From Oopsacas minuta (lineage: Eukaryota > Animalia > Porifera): 64,000 nucleotides of DNA. Positions 10,101 to 23,729 of the stretch are shown here, piece after piece; within the stretch, counting starts at the first letter, position 1; each line of letters begins with the position of its first letter. The stretch covers positions 310,001 to 374,000 of the forward strand of contig JAKMXF010000066.1 of the NCBI GenBank assembly GCA_024704765.1. Direction: 5' to 3'. The position numbers and the translations under genes were made by a program. The notes under the pieces are model-generated. The model saw nothing but the letters and a program-made list of their open reading frames with translations. It was not told the origin of the DNA and searched no databases.

Positions 10101-12653
10101 ATACAAATGGAATTTCAATACAGTAAACTCATACACGACAGTTTAAACTATATATCCTATTTGGCACATGTTACACGCGATCTCGATAATTCGAACGTCA
10201 TGGGAATATTTGTGTACAAATAATTAAGATTACAGTCATTGTACTGTAAAATGCTCTTTGTATTACAAATACCAGTGATTGTTGAATTCGCATGTCTACT
10301 ATGTCCACGTAGTTCGTATTACCGAAGTGATTTTCATTGTATGAGCTTTTGAGGGAGAATGAAATTTTCATGTCCTGAGTTTAGTATGAAGTAACCAGAA
10401 ACTATTCGTATTAATGTGGATGTTATTTTATTTATATATTTACGTATTGATATACTTACTCTTTTCTAATCTTCTCCTCAGCTATCCTCCTCCTATCAGC
10501 CTCCTCATCAGCCTCTCTCATTCTAGTTAGTCTATCCTGCTCTCTCTGTTCATCTAATAACTTTTGTCTTTCTTTCTCCAGCTGTTGTCTGTCCTGCTGG
10601 TGTGTATCTCCGTTAACAGATGATGAAATAGAATTTTGAGAGAGTCCTATAATATAATATAATATAAGATGGATCAGCAATTCAGTAAAGATAAATAATA
10701 CAAATTTTGACAGATCATAAATTATAGATTGACAATAAAGAACAAACTTTGAAATCAGATATTTAGTAATGTATTTACTATTAGCCATTTATATTATAAA
10801 ATAAGTACATACGTTTATTACTCCCATCAAGAGCTTCTTGTACTGTATCTCCAAAAGAAATGGCATCATTTAGATTAGCAAAGTTAAGACCGTAAACTTG
10901 CCTAGTGTCTCTCCACTGATGAAATGTATCTGTAGCTCTGTTGTAACGCATGCCTTTAAAAAGCGCACAGTTTATTACAACCTGTTAGAATAGATTTAAT
11001 TATACCAAAGTATTGTGAATAGACAAAGGAGTTTCTGGGAAATTAAATTGTTAATTATCAGAAATTTCACTATAAATTGTCAGAACGCAAGATATAGATA
11101 ATTCTACCAATAAACAATCCTAGTGTTTATAGTGTAACTTCCATTTATGGGGTGGCAGGGAGACCGAAAATGTTACTCAGTTTCACGTTTCTGCCAAATT
11201 CCCCGTTTGTGGAGGTTATGGTTACACTGTAACTGAAACTCACTTCTTTGTCTGCTATCTTCCTAGCTACAATCCTATGTGTATTGTTTTGCTGATGTAC
11301 AAATAATTGTACTTTAGAAATTGAAGGCTCTCCAGAGCCAGAAGGTGTCCATTTCTTTATTCCTTCATCATACGTCATCACCTGGGCTCTGACATCGATC
11401 AGTGAAATCTCACTACAGGAATAAACGTAGAATAACGTAATAGTGACACATAGAAAATCTAATAAAATTCATATTAATTGAAAGACTAATTACAAGTAGC
11501 ACGTATACAGTAATTATATTATCTGCTCAAGAATCCATAACTAATTATCTCCCTCACAAATCAAAATACAACAGAGCTCGGATAAGACGTAGTGAATCAT
11601 AAGAAACAAAAAATAGTCCGTCTTAACTGAGTTCTAGTGTATATGTTAAATTTTAACTCACCTATCTAAATTACTCATAATTATTTATTTTATTTATCAA
11701 ATAATGTATTTATAGAAATAAAGTATTTATAAATACTGTATATGATAGCATTTGCTAACTCTCAGAAAATATCATACAGAAATAATCATATACAATATAT
11801 TCAATATAACTTAAATGCTAACGAAGAAAATGCTACGTTAATGCTGTAATACACCACGATAGGATAAATTGCTATAATATAAAATCTGGCTGAAATTCAA
11901 GGATGTTATGTAATAAATACAAACACGTAAAACGTATCATACATATAGAAATTGAGATATAATTTCCTGTCGATGGTCTACATAGACTATTCAGGAATGA
12001 ATGCATCATTAACTTGGCAATGAATTCAATTATTTTGGCAACTGAACTGAAAAATGAATTATTTTGGCAATGGTTAAAGTTATACATCCTATATATTGGT
12101 ATCATTTCAACATTTCTCTTTGTAGAGTGTGGATTCATATACTCAGACACATCAGGTACTTCACTACATCCACATATCCGTCCTCAGGCGTTACGTCTTC
12201 TCAGCTATAATCCAGCTATAATTGAATTTTCAGTTCGGTTGCCAAAATAATTGAATTCAGTTGGCTAGATAATATTACCTTCGATTACAAACTAGTCAAT
12301 AATACAGTAAACTTCCGTTATAACGAAGTGATTCTTTCGGCCTATAACTTGAAAATAATTGCTTTACTGCGCCTATAATGAAATGAAACCGGGATCCTGA
12401 GCTCTTCGTTATAACGAGAGTTTACTGCATGTGTTGGATGCAGTAATAAAATAGTGAGGCCAATAAGTATGCCAACAATTACATATGTATATATGGGATC
12501 ACGGCATTGCCATAAGAGAAAGTAAATAAGCTTGAATTACTTAGACAGGTAGAATAATATTTGTATGAGCGAATCGATTTATTTATGATGTGAAGTTTAA
12601 ACATTCAAAAACACAAACAAGTGATAAATAAGTATTACCAACTCTTACCTCAT
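7146..12653 (-). CDS. ENAH/VASP: Ena/VASP-family protein (EVH1, charged coiled coil, Pro-rich region, C-terminal tetramerisation helix), about 13 exons
   Basis: Spliced N-terminus MS|EISLIDVRAQVMTYDEGIKKWTP...RIVARKIADKE|VVINCALFKGMRYNRATDTFHQWRDTRQVYGLNF is an EVH1 domain. C-terminus KDLQTMKSEIMRDIKIELERTKQDILT|EIRKELSKR* is the VASP tetramer helix. Every junction is GT-AG and phase-consistent. Confidence 0.92.
7279..7420. mobile_element. hAT-type MITE fragment related to 53866-53984 (opposite orientation); right limit approximate
   Basis: CAGGCGGTTCCCACGAATTTTCACCAATG is the reverse complement of a near match to CATTGGTGAAAAAGATTGGGAACCGCT at 53958-53984. Confidence 0.55.
8807..8936. mobile_element. 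Family-1 Tc1/pogo-type MITE, internally deleted
   Basis: TA|TAGTCAACTCCTG...CTGGTGTTGAGTG|TA termini, with internal CAAATATGGTCCCAAA shared with other copies. Confidence 0.65.
11130..11229. mobile_element. Family-2 MITE (ends CAGTG[T/A]AACCTCCAC...GTGGAGGTTACACTG)
   Basis: TAGTGTAACTTCCA at the left and GTGGAGGTTATGGTTACACTG|TA at the right. It sits in Ena/VASP intron 2 and explains the spurious tail of ORF 11145-11381. Confidence 0.6.
12305..12427. mobile_element. MITE with 24-bp terminal inverted repeats (Tc1/pogo-type CAGT ends)
   Basis: Left CAGTAAACTTCCGTTATAACGAAG versus reverse complement of the right end CAGTAAACTCTCGTTATAACGAAG. TA on the left flank. Confidence 0.8.
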
Positions 12654-13820
12654 TTTCTTGTTTCTGTAAAACGGTGTGTGTGTGTGTGTTTATAAAATTT
12701 AAAAACAAATCTCAAATTAGCTAATAAAATAATCAATGAGTTGAAAATAAGAAAATAATAAATTAGAAATATAAAATACGTATATTATTGAATCAAGTGT
12801 ATTTAGATGGGGAAATTAGGAAGTAAGCAATTCCTTGAATGAAATCTACTACGGCAATCAGTCATTAGGCCTTGTATTGACTAGAAGTAAAGTTTGCGAG
12901 GTGGCATAGTTATTAATTTGGAGGAAATATTTGTGACAGTAAATTAAGGCCCAAATAAGTATGGGAATGAGAGAGTTCACGGAAATGAACACAAGCATAC
13001 ATACAAATATCAATTGTAATAGAATATTAAGGAAATTATGATGGGGGTAGAATATGGTATCTTCTATTGTATTACTGAAATATACGATGGACATAATAAA
13101 TGCAAAATATGGAGGTATTAAGAACTTTTCATTCAACACTCCTTTTATCGCTTCAAAAAACCAGAACTACAACTAGCATGTAGAAAATATCTTGGCAACA
13201 CCCAAGAACATTGCTGACGCTAATCTAAGGGAAATTTCTAAACAAAACTTATAATTGTGTCACAAAATGCAATAATCTTAGATGCATACTCCAAAGCCTG
13301 AGCATGCACATTCGACTTTGACTTGTGAGCATATTTGCATATACACTCGACTTTGTGCTGTGAGCATGCACACTTGACTTCTTTTATATGAATTATTATA
13401 CGATTAGTAAAGATGGGAATGAAGATGTGGACAAGGTTTTAGTGAAAACTATAGTATTTATCTGACATTTATCATCTGTGGGTGAACAACCAGAGTTGCC
13501 GTGGGAATGGGAAATGATTTTCTTACGATGAGGATGGGTTCGGTTTTCCCAAGTGGGGAAAAAGGAATTCCACGCGATACCGATATGGAAATTCTCATGT
13601 GAGATACCAATGGGAATTCGAAATCAATGCCATCAAAGTTATTGAAACTATGGATTTTACAAAAAACTATAGTCTAATGAGTCCAGCATTTGAAGACAGG
13701 GTGTATGTATATGTATTTCTTGATATATCAACTGAACTAACTTTGAATTTATAGATAGAGATAATTCAAATTTGTTTACTCTTTGTCAGCACTGGTATTA
13801 TATACAATGAAACCTGCTTA

Positions 13821-13932
13821 ATGCACAATTATCCTTATGCACAAGTATCCTTATGCACAATTATCCTTATGCACAAGTATCCTTATGCACAATTATCCAT
13901 ATGCACAATTATCCATATGCACAATTATCTTA
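13821..13932. repeat. Minisatellite, 7 x 16 bp (ATGCACAA[T/G]TATCC[T/A]T)
   Basis: Seven consecutive units counted directly, inside the left end of a MITE-like element that starts TA|CAATGAAACCTG at 13805. Confidence 0.95.
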
Positions 13933-14967
13933 ACGACCACCTCTGTATAAAGATCACCTGCACCTTGCGGCCACCATTTTTGGTCCCTTACTGGCGCTAA
14001 ACCTATCTATAACAGCCACTTTATATAATGGTTGCCTCATATAAGGTCTACCTGTTACAACTCCCCTGTGTGGCCACCATAAACTAATCCGACTATAGTA
14101 TCTTAAATATCGGTCACTTGTCTTAAAGCCCAACTTCTCTATATCACCTCCATTCAAATAAATTACCACCAAACTAGTGTATAATTTGTCAAACTCTCTT
14201 TTGCGGCCACCTTTTGGAATAGCTTATTCCGCTTTCTAGTATTGCATAAATCATGTTACACGCAAAACAATAATTGATAAATTTTAGAATAAATTCCATA
14301 CACACGTAATCAGAAATTTGACTTCCTCTTATTAGATAACAATATTTCTGAAATGTTTTCTTAGTAGAATCAGTAAAAACATTTGTAGAGATTGGTACAG
14401 AGTGGAGTATAAATTATCTTGATTAGAAGTTTCTAAAAAATTGAATTGTTTACAGTTCCAGGTAGATAGAAAGCTTAGTAATCATTTCAAATTCAGAGAA
14501 TAGTGGCATTCATGCTAAAACTGAAATTAATTAATCTGCATGTTCAGTGCTGCTAGCCTAGTGCTTTCGAAATATTCTTTAATCACAAAATTTCTTTTAC
14601 CCAAGAGTATAAAATAGAATTTTAGAGCGTGCAATAGTATCTTGTAATAACAATTTTTACTTGAACCATGGACTTTGTAATTCTAAATAATTGAACTCTC
14701 ATAAATAACAAAGTGCTCGGGATGGGAGGGGCCCCTGTTTCATTTCTTTATTACCGAGATTTCGTTGTCAGCTGAGTAAAACCAATTAATTTCTAACTAT
14801 AGGGAGTCAAAAACAAATTCGTTATATTACTGTGGGGTTTCGTTATCCGACTTGTTTATTACTGGAGTTAACTGTAATTCATAATGCAACTTCATTACCT
14901 TATCCAACAATATAACGTAGGTTTTAGAGAATATTTATGTTTGAATTAGCAGTTTTTATTATTCTGT

Positions 14968-17900
14968 ATGGCCACGAAGGATTATGATTTCTATTCAGAA
15001 GAAAACAAGGATAAATGGAGCCGCATACTCTCACAACCTCTAAAAAAGGTATACATATTTCTACGTATATTATTTCTAATGGCATTCTATAATTTTGATT
15101 TTCCTATTCTGTCTTGTTTACTAATGTTATATATTTTGCGATAATTGTGAACTATTTTACCCAAAATTGAGTAACTATGTTCACTAATTAGATGTTTATG
15201 TAATTATTAAATATTTATCGCAAGGGTTTCATTCAATTGTCTGCTACTACTACATGTGTAGGAGCGCATAGTATCTATAGTTTCAACTCTAGAAAACATT
15301 TGGGATTAGTTTACGAGAGTGTTGGTATAATTATAATATTTCCAGGAATTTCCTTCTAAACATTTTTGGGAAATAATCCAATTTTATACATACTTTTCGG
15401 CCTTCTTTCCCAAAATGCTCCAGGGCTCTTATTCAGAGAAATACGGTATGCATATAACGGCATACATATAGCTCCAGTGTTGCCAGATTATGTACCAACC
15501 AGGTTCATGCCATGTTCTTACCATATCATAAAGTCTTTTAAAGCGGAAATCTATGAACTTTGTTCGTGATCTGCCAACACTGTAATACTCTACACATATT
15601 TTCATATTCTTATCTTGACAACCATTATATCACAGATAACCTACCAAGTCCATCCTACTCTTATAACAGAAGACAATGCGTTGTTTTATCTTGAACGTCT
15701 CTTATATAAACTTCTCCTCAGACTAGTAATATCCTTACCAAAGACTATACTAGATGTCAGTCATATCGTATCGAACAGTTTCCCTTATCCATTAGCAGAA
15801 TGGGCGTTACAGGAAGCTGAAGCTATTATAAACTCCTCGAGGATTATGGCTAAACGAATGCCTATCAGTATACCGATTGATAAAATTGGTCCTCAGATTG
15901 CTAAGGTAAGTGGTATGTAGAGGCGATTATATAGGCGGGGGCTGTTGTTATAGATTATTTTCATTTTTGTATTCCATGAATCTCTTTCTCTGAATCTCTA
16001 TACGTATCTTGTTTTGTTTATCATTGGTGTCGAGTCGACCTCCACAAACGGGACCTGTAGAAACGCGGAACTTCTGGAAATCTTATTCCCAAAGAAATGA
16101 ACTTGCACAAACGGGGAAGCATTTTTCGGCTTCCCTCTCACTCCGTTTGGGGAGGTTCACTGCAATTCTTTATTCAATACATTTGTCTTTATATAGGAAT
16201 TCTACTGTGTGAGTAAGATTGATAGTAAAGTTGTCATCTACCTCCTGACTGTCATAGACTATATGGCAGCTGACATACTCAAAGTATGTACTGTAACAAA
16301 TACTTGATTTCTTCCCACTTTACATGTTTTTTGTAGTATATTTTACTTCATTAATCTCTCATTTAGTTAGCGGGAAACTTCGTAAAGAACTCAGGAAGAA
16401 GTCGTATCTTTGAAAGTGACATACGAGTATCTATGAATGCAGACCAGGTAATCTTTTATAGCATTTTAATTAAAGGATTGAGTTGGTTAACTCGCAATTT
16501 CTCGTTTTTTTTTTACTACAGTGGGACTTAATACAGTGCTCTCGTGGACTTTTATTTGCAGTCAACTCCCGTTAAATCGAACACGGATATAACCAAATAC
16601 TCGCTTACGTTCGAAGTCTGACATTGTGCGAATATGGTCCCAAATCATCAAAGTAACGTACATTGCATCGTACATCGAGTTGATTATCGCTGTCCCTGAG
16701 CTTCGATATAGCGGGAATTAACTCACTTGAAAACTTATTTACTTGCAGGCACTAATGAGTCTATTCAGCAAGGATATGGATCCTAAGACAATCACTAATA
16801 GTTTATCAAGCTTCACAGACTCACTGCCTGTTAGTAACGGAGATGCAAACTTCACTGATGCTATGAAAGAAATGGTATCTTTAGAAGGACAGTATATCCG
16901 TATTCTACAGAGAATACAAAAGATTTTAGCTGTACCATTTCAAACAAAAGAGCCACGAGTGTTTCCTACTGATGTGAGTTATAATTACAAATTATTTCTC
17001 ATACTAATATGCTATATTTAGTAATTATTCTAAAGTTCTCTGACAGAACTGGTCTAAAATTTCCAATCAATACCTGGGTATATGGAGCCGTTCAAACGTT
17101 ACGTAACGCTACAAGGGGAGGCGGTAGTATGTGAAGTGTGACAGCCCGATTCATTTTGTCTTACAAAATGGTGAAACTCGTGACACATTGGGGGTATCAA
17201 AATTTAGGGCATTTTGCCTTACGTAACGTTTGAATGGCTCTCTGATTGCAGTTGAACACTCTTGCGAGTAGCAATTGTGTTCTTACCACCACTATATGTA
17301 AATTACTCAGGAATATTTTTGAACAGTTTAAGCAGCTGGTTATTATATTATAATCAACATCCACAGTAACGACTAGTTAATATATTTTACTTAAAGTATC
17401 CGAAGCCATTCCAAATATCCACTGGTATGAGAAAATTTCGCGATTGGTCACTTATACGGATAAATAAATCCAATATATACTGTATTAGTAATTTAATACT
17501 AGTTATATTGTACAGATAGTAGAGGATATATTCGGGAATTTGGAAGGCGTTATAGACCTGTCTCTCTCTATCCATGGTTCTTTACAAGACGCACTTGAGG
17601 TAGCCAGAGCTGAAGAAGATCAAGATAACAATGTAGCAGCTGCTGGTACTGTCTTCAATGAACATTCCTCTGCTTTTGATTTTGAAGAATACAATGATTA
17701 TGCTAGGAATTATGAGACAATGGTTCATACATTAGATGCTCAGTTTAAACAGCCATGGGTACACAACTATTTCAAGGTTGTTATTCAATATCTTTTATAG
17801 ACTTGTTTTGTGTGTTGGAATAAGTTATTATATCTTCGTTTTGGCATTGTTTTATACGATAATTTTCTTACGTTTACTGTCATTATTCCGGTAATTATTC

Positions 17901-20900
17901 GCATTGGACAATACAGCATCTTATAAATATACGTACTGTATTTTCCGATCTCCAAATATAAAGAAGAGATAAATGATATATCAGTTCCGGTCTTCCGGTA
18001 GAACCGGTAAATTTTACTTCCACTGTGCCTGTATATACTAGTGTCTATACACAAACCATTTATTGGCGGTGAAATCCGGGATTCCCAAAATATATTTATT
18101 TTAACATGCAAATTTATTTTAGGATTATTTCAAACACCAATTCAACTGTACAGAAGGAGAAGTTTGTATATTTATTAGCACAGTTAAATACCTCCTGCCT
18201 AAACTATTGCTAGAGCCTGTTAAACATATGGCGTACTATATACTAGAGATGTTACCCACTATGTTAAAGATTTGTCCGTCAGAGTCAGAACGTCAAGAGT
18301 TCAAAGATGCCTTGGATGGAATGAGTAAATTCCAGAGTATAACTGAAGCACTGATAAGAAGTGATAAGTTATCTGTTGATGCTCTCAATATAGACTCTTA
18401 TATCCTGAATAGAAGGTCTAGGACTAAGTCTGCATTCCAGGAAATTAAAGAAATACAGGTTACTGATTATAACTTAATTTATGCGTTTGTTTAATGGCAA
18501 GAGCATTTTTCTTAGTTGAAACAACTGTTCAAACGTTCTGTAATGTTTCTAGGAGAGGGGCTTGGGTGTACTACTCAATGCTCAGTCATTGAGTCATTTG
18601 AGTATGTTCTAGGCCATGAATTTTATAACTAATTTTCAATTTACAGTTGGAAAACTTAATTTGGAGTAAAAACTATTCAGCAAATTCCTAGTCCCTTACG
18701 AACGAACCTTGACAATCCGAGAATTTGACAAAAACTGGTAAACGGGGTAGCATTTTGGCTTCCACGGCATACGTTTGTGGAGGTTACACTAAATAAAAAC
18801 ACATTTTACTGTCCATTTATTCTCTAATTATTTGTAGGATAGGATAGAAGGAGATACAAAAGACCTAATGCGTTGCTCCCAGCTTATAAAGATAGGAGAC
18901 CTATCGTTACATCAGGGAGGTTATAAGAAAGGAAATAAGTGTCAGGAGAGAAGAGTATTTTTGTTTGATTGTCTATTGTTATGCTGTAAACTCAGTTCTA
19001 ATAAGAAAGATGTTTATGAATATAAGCTCAGGGAAAAGTACGAGTTGAAGAAGATATGTTTAGTAGACACACTGGACACTGAAGGTTAGCGGGAAAACTA
19101 ATAGTATAATTTGATAGAATACTGCTTTAAACATATTATTTAGTCATTTCGTTGGACGTAATAAAACATTGCGTATAGCATTTACTTCTCTTTCAATCGT
19201 GAATCTCATTATTATTTGTTAGATGCTTCTAATGGATTTGAGATACTAGACAGTAAGAACTATAAGATGTATTTCCAGACGTCATCTCAGGAAATAAAGC
19301 AAGAATGGTTAGCTGCTATTTGCTATGCTGTTACTCATGAGTCTTTTGAGAGTAAATTAGAGGATCTATTGAAGAAGGAGAGGAATTCTATTCAGTTCGA
19401 GTTACCTAGTCCTGATATATACAAGTATGTTGATTGTTATATTTTGTATTAATAGATAGAGGCTTGCTTGTGTAATTATTGATTTGTTAATAAAGTGGTG
19501 TGCGCCTATTAGCAACCCATGGACATAGAGTGTACTTTTGTATGGTAAGTAATTCGCATAATAGCACATTCGAGTATTATCAAGGAAAATTCACGATTTG
19601 CTAAAAGGCTAACTCCACTGTAGTGGGATTTTCAAGATCTCGTAAGTTCAGATGTTCATACTTGCCAACCATATTGGAGACATTTCCGAGACATACTGTA
19701 GTATGTATGGGTCATGGAGTAATAATTATTGGCGAGACTTTGTATATAGTATCACTCCAAAACGTAGGGACTCCGATTTTTGTCACGTTTCATCGAGCAT
19801 GACCGAAAATACCGGGACATCAGCTAAATCGAGGCTATTGGTAAAAATATAGATGTTTTATTGGCAAATTGTAACTCACTTCACTGTATTTATACTAACA
19901 CGTTTATTACCAGATTCTCGGCTCCTGACTCAGACGAAAATATAGTATTTGAAGAGGCAGGAGAGAATCTACTTAACATTAGGAATCCTCCTATAAGAGC
20001 TGCTACATTCTATAAACTAGTGGAGAGATTAACATATCATAAATTTGCTGATCCCGCTCTTGTTAAAACATTCCTGACTACTTACAGATCATTCGCTACT
20101 CCTACAGACTTGATGGAATCATTAATAGAGAGATATAATATACCAGTACTGGAGGAGGAAGAGAATAGTGACGTCATATGGAGTCATGAAGCTATCACTC
20201 AGAGCGAGAAGGTAGGTATTATTATGTTCATAGGGTTTGTATTTATTTTCGTTTATACATCCAATCACTGCTGGATATATTTTAAATCTTGTTAATTTCG
20301 AAAGGGGAAATGCCAATTGAACATGCTGGTTCACCTGGAATTTGATACACGAGAATTGGCTTTATAATAATCAAAAATACAATTAGTTCGATAATATAAT
20401 TTAATTTTTATAATTATTAGCTTCGTCGCTACAAGAAAGAGTACTTAAACCCAATCAAGCTAAGAGTCCTGAATGTAATACGTCACTGGATAGAACATCA
20501 CCCTTATGATTTTGAGAGAGATCCATCTCTTAAAGAACAGCTCAGTCAGTTTTTAGCTACTACTGGGGAGGATAAGAAGATGCAAAAATGGGTAGAAACC
20601 ATCAGGTATTACAGCTATTTATTTGTGTTTGTTTGTATGTTTGTTTGTTTTATTATGCCAAATACGCACTATCAAGTATATATTTCCTTATTATAAATTT
20701 ATAACGTGATATACATTAACGTATCTAAAGTATAGATAATTATGAGCTTCGATATAACTGGATTTGACTGTATGTATTTATATTTCTTTATATTTAGACG
20801 TATTCTGAATAACGAGACATTAATCTCATGTAATTTCAACAACTACCCTCCTCCCATTGAGCACATCGGGGAGGGACCACCTGACCTCCCTCAAGGTGTC

Positions 20901-23729
20901 CCTCCAGGCTGTAACTTATTCTCCTACCATCCTGTCGAGATAGCTAGACAAATGACTCTAATACAATCTGAATACTTCAGGGCAGTTAAGGTTAACGAGC
21001 TGATAGGGGGAGCATTCACTAAGGGTAATAAAGAAGAGAAAGCTCCTAATATGGTACGACTCACTAACCATTTCAATAACATGGCTTATTTCTTTCAGAA
21101 GAGTATTGTACAGATGTCTAACTTAGAGGAGAGAGTAGCTCTTGTTAATAGGATCATTGATATCATGCAGGTGAGGTATATGGAAATTTGTAGATTATAC
21201 ATCGAGTTAGCTAATATGGATTAAGTAAAAACGATCATACAAGCTATTTTAAAACATTTGGAAGTCACTAGAAACCTCGGAGCGAATAAGCAATGATGAA
21301 TATTTGCCTCATAAAAATAGCGATTACGATAGGAAATGACGAAAGATTCAATGCTATGTACACCCCTGATTATTCTAATACTTACACTGTTTGCTCAGGC
21401 TTTTAAGCGATAAAAGGTAGACAAATCCTGTTGTAAATTATTTGATCTGAATTTACACAAATTTAAACACAGCGAGTAATATTCTATAGTCATTCTTAAT
21501 GCGTTTGAAACAGCGATTCTGTTGCATTTATGGTTATACTTCCAATTTCGTCTTCTTATTGTGAAAATAATAGCACTTGAGCTGTCTTCCGTTAAAAGAA
21601 CTACATATTAACATAATACGTAATTATCATAAGTGTTTACCTTCTAGGCTTGCGTAGAGTTGAACAATTTCTGTGGCATGATGATAATAATGACAGCATT
21701 AAATACTTCTTCTATCAACAAACTAGAACATACTTGGAATAAAGTTTCTAATAGTAGAATGGCTCTAGTGGAAGCTCAGAGAGATACATCTAAAGATCAC
21801 TCCTATAAACTTCTTAAGAGCAAGCTGTTCACTATTGAGCCACCCTGTGTACCTCATATAGGTAGGTTAAAGTATTATCTCGTAAGTGCAAAAGCAGGAA
21901 TTGAGATTTTACTTATCCGGTATTCGTTTTAACTGAAGTGATCTAATTGAAGAGATTGGAATTTCTCTTATTTTATCCAGATTTCGTGGAGTTGATATCC
22001 GGTATCTCAAACCTTCAGGAGATCAAAATATATTTGAAATAGCGTAGGATTACTGTCATTCGAGATAGTGGCATTAGGAAATTTTCCATAAATTTAGACT
22101 TCGACAGGAAGTTTTCTAGGAAATAACCTGAGAATTCCTAGCCTTACATCACTAACTCGAGATAACAGATCTCAAAAAGTATTACTTTTGCACCATTATC
22201 TAGGTATGTTCTTAACTCGCATTATACACGTTGAATGCGGAATGAAAGATACTCTCTCTGAATTCCCTAACATGATAAATTTCACGAAACGCAGGAGATT
22301 CTGTGATATCGTAGGAGAGATACAACAGTATCAGAATCAGAGATTTAACCTAATTCAGGAGAAAACTATACAAGATTATCTTCTAGCACAGACTCCCTTA
22401 TTAAAAGGATCAGATGCAGATGAAGTGGAAACTTTAATTCATCAACTCTCTCTTGATATTGAACCTAGAGAGCAACCACCTCCTAAGATAGTAAGTATAT
22501 GGGAATATTTATGTTTATTAATACCCAAAATTTACACACATGTATATGCTAATGTTGCTTATTCCGTCGATCTATTTTACGTTGTTTTATTTCATGTGTT
22601 TTGGATATATACAAGGTTTCTCAACATATGACTATTTGGTCAATCTTGGACACGCTGTTGCCAGTTGCCACGGAGATATTTATGTCATTTTTTGGTCCAA
22701 TAAAGTTGGAATGGCATTTCACCAAACAAATAAGTATTTCTGGATATAGTCATGATACAAAATTAGATAACGTGTGTCCATAGCCCATGAGAGTTTGATA
22801 AACTCTGATCTACACCCAGTCCCTTGCACATTAATCTTAGCTTACAGTGCTAATCAGTCTCCACACACGTTTAGGCCAGACAATACCCACAACTTAACCT
22901 CCATTCACAAGGCTATCGTGCTCGAGGGCGTGCTGAAAAAAAGAAGGCAGGAGGAATACACAACTCCGAATCAGCATTCGCTCTAGATTCCCAATGTGAT
23001 CCCACAAACATTGCCATTTCGAAAAGTCGTACTCTTCAAGTAATGCCCACTCAATCAGATGCAAGCAGAGATAAAGTTAATGGAAATATACTAGACATTA
23101 CCGGAGGAGAGACTGATGAAATTCCTCCTAAAATACCGCCCAGAATATCCAGAACGTATGTTTCTTGTACGATTTATTCGCTAATACCAAGTTGTCTAAT
23201 AGCAAAATCTGATTATTAGCAACTATTTCAAGGATATTTTTGTATGATAAATAGTAATACAGTGAAACCTCCACTAACAAATTTCTGGAAAGAGAGTGAA
23301 AAATTTACAGAGCGAATCCCATATAAATGAACCTCCGAAAAAGGGGAAACAGGTTAGCATTTTTCCGCCTCTCTAGTACATCGTATGTGGAGGTTACACT
23401 TTAACAAATTCCGGTATTACCAAGGTAAATTCATGTAAAATATGATTTGATAATAACCAACTCCACTGTCATTTAAATTTATATAATATATTTTCTTTAG
23501 TAAAGATACACCACCCCCTATACCACTCAGCTATAATACAAACACATTTCCTCGTCCATCCCCTCAATCATGTAATGTAGCACCTCTCCCACCCCGACTG
23601 GAAATCCAGTCTAGACAAAGTCTCCAGAATTCTCTAGCCCCTCCCCTCCCTCCCAGGAAAGCATCCAATGAACTAGATGTCCCACCCCCACGACCAAGCA
23701 AGCCCACTTACTTACACTCACAAGTTTAA
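14968..23729 (+). CDS. SOS: Son of sevenless Ras/Rac GEF (histone fold, DH, PH, REM, CDC25, Pro-rich tail), multi-exon
   Basis: Exon 1 [27 protein letters not shown]. Histone fold QVHPTL...[10 protein letters not shown]|[47 protein letters not shown]25 [34 protein letters not shown]. Tail motifs [21 protein letters not shown]. Stop TAA at 23727-23729. Confidence 0.95.
16032..16162. mobile_element. Family-2 MITE in a SOS intron
   Basis: GAGTCGACCTCCACAAACGG...CCGTTTGGGGAGGTTCACTG inverted ends. It accounts for ORF 16009-16212. Confidence 0.65.
16559..16724. mobile_element. Family-1 MITE in a SOS intron
   Basis: CAGTCAACTCCCGTTAAATCGAACACGGATATA...GAGCTTCGATATAGCGGGAATTAACT, homologous to 50673-50846. 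Confidence 0.7.
17084..17242. mobile_element. MITE with ~25-bp TIRs (GAGCC[A/G]TTCAAACGTTACGTAA), superfamily unassigned
   Basis: Left GGAGCCGTTCAAACGTTACGTAACG. The right end CCTTACGTAACGTTTGAATGGCTCTC is its reverse complement with few mismatches. No clear target-site duplication. Confidence 0.75.
18644..18790. mobile_element. Family-2 MITE, degenerate left end
   Basis: Ends in TAGCATTTT...GTTTGTGGAGGTTACACT, as do the copies at 11130 and 23260. Confidence 0.55.
23260..23401. mobile_element. Family-2 MITE in the last SOS intron
   Basis: TA|CAGTGAAACCTCCAC...GTGGAGGTTACACTT|TA. Confidence 0.75.

Noticed and set aside
13821-13932. Regular repeat array as a possible CRISPR
   Set aside because: The units are head-to-tail with no spacers, the context is eukaryotic, and there are no cas genes.
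13954-14172. Minus-strand ORF in the Ena-SOS spacer
   Set aside because: It lies within MITE-like sequence (repeated GACCACC/GGCCACC subterminal motifs) and has no protein motif.
22774-22986. ORF-track frame as the SOS tail exon
   Set aside because: The true exon starts at tttag|GCC (about 22875) in a different frame ([18 protein letters not shown]...IPPKIPPR), which matches the phase of the flanking exons.
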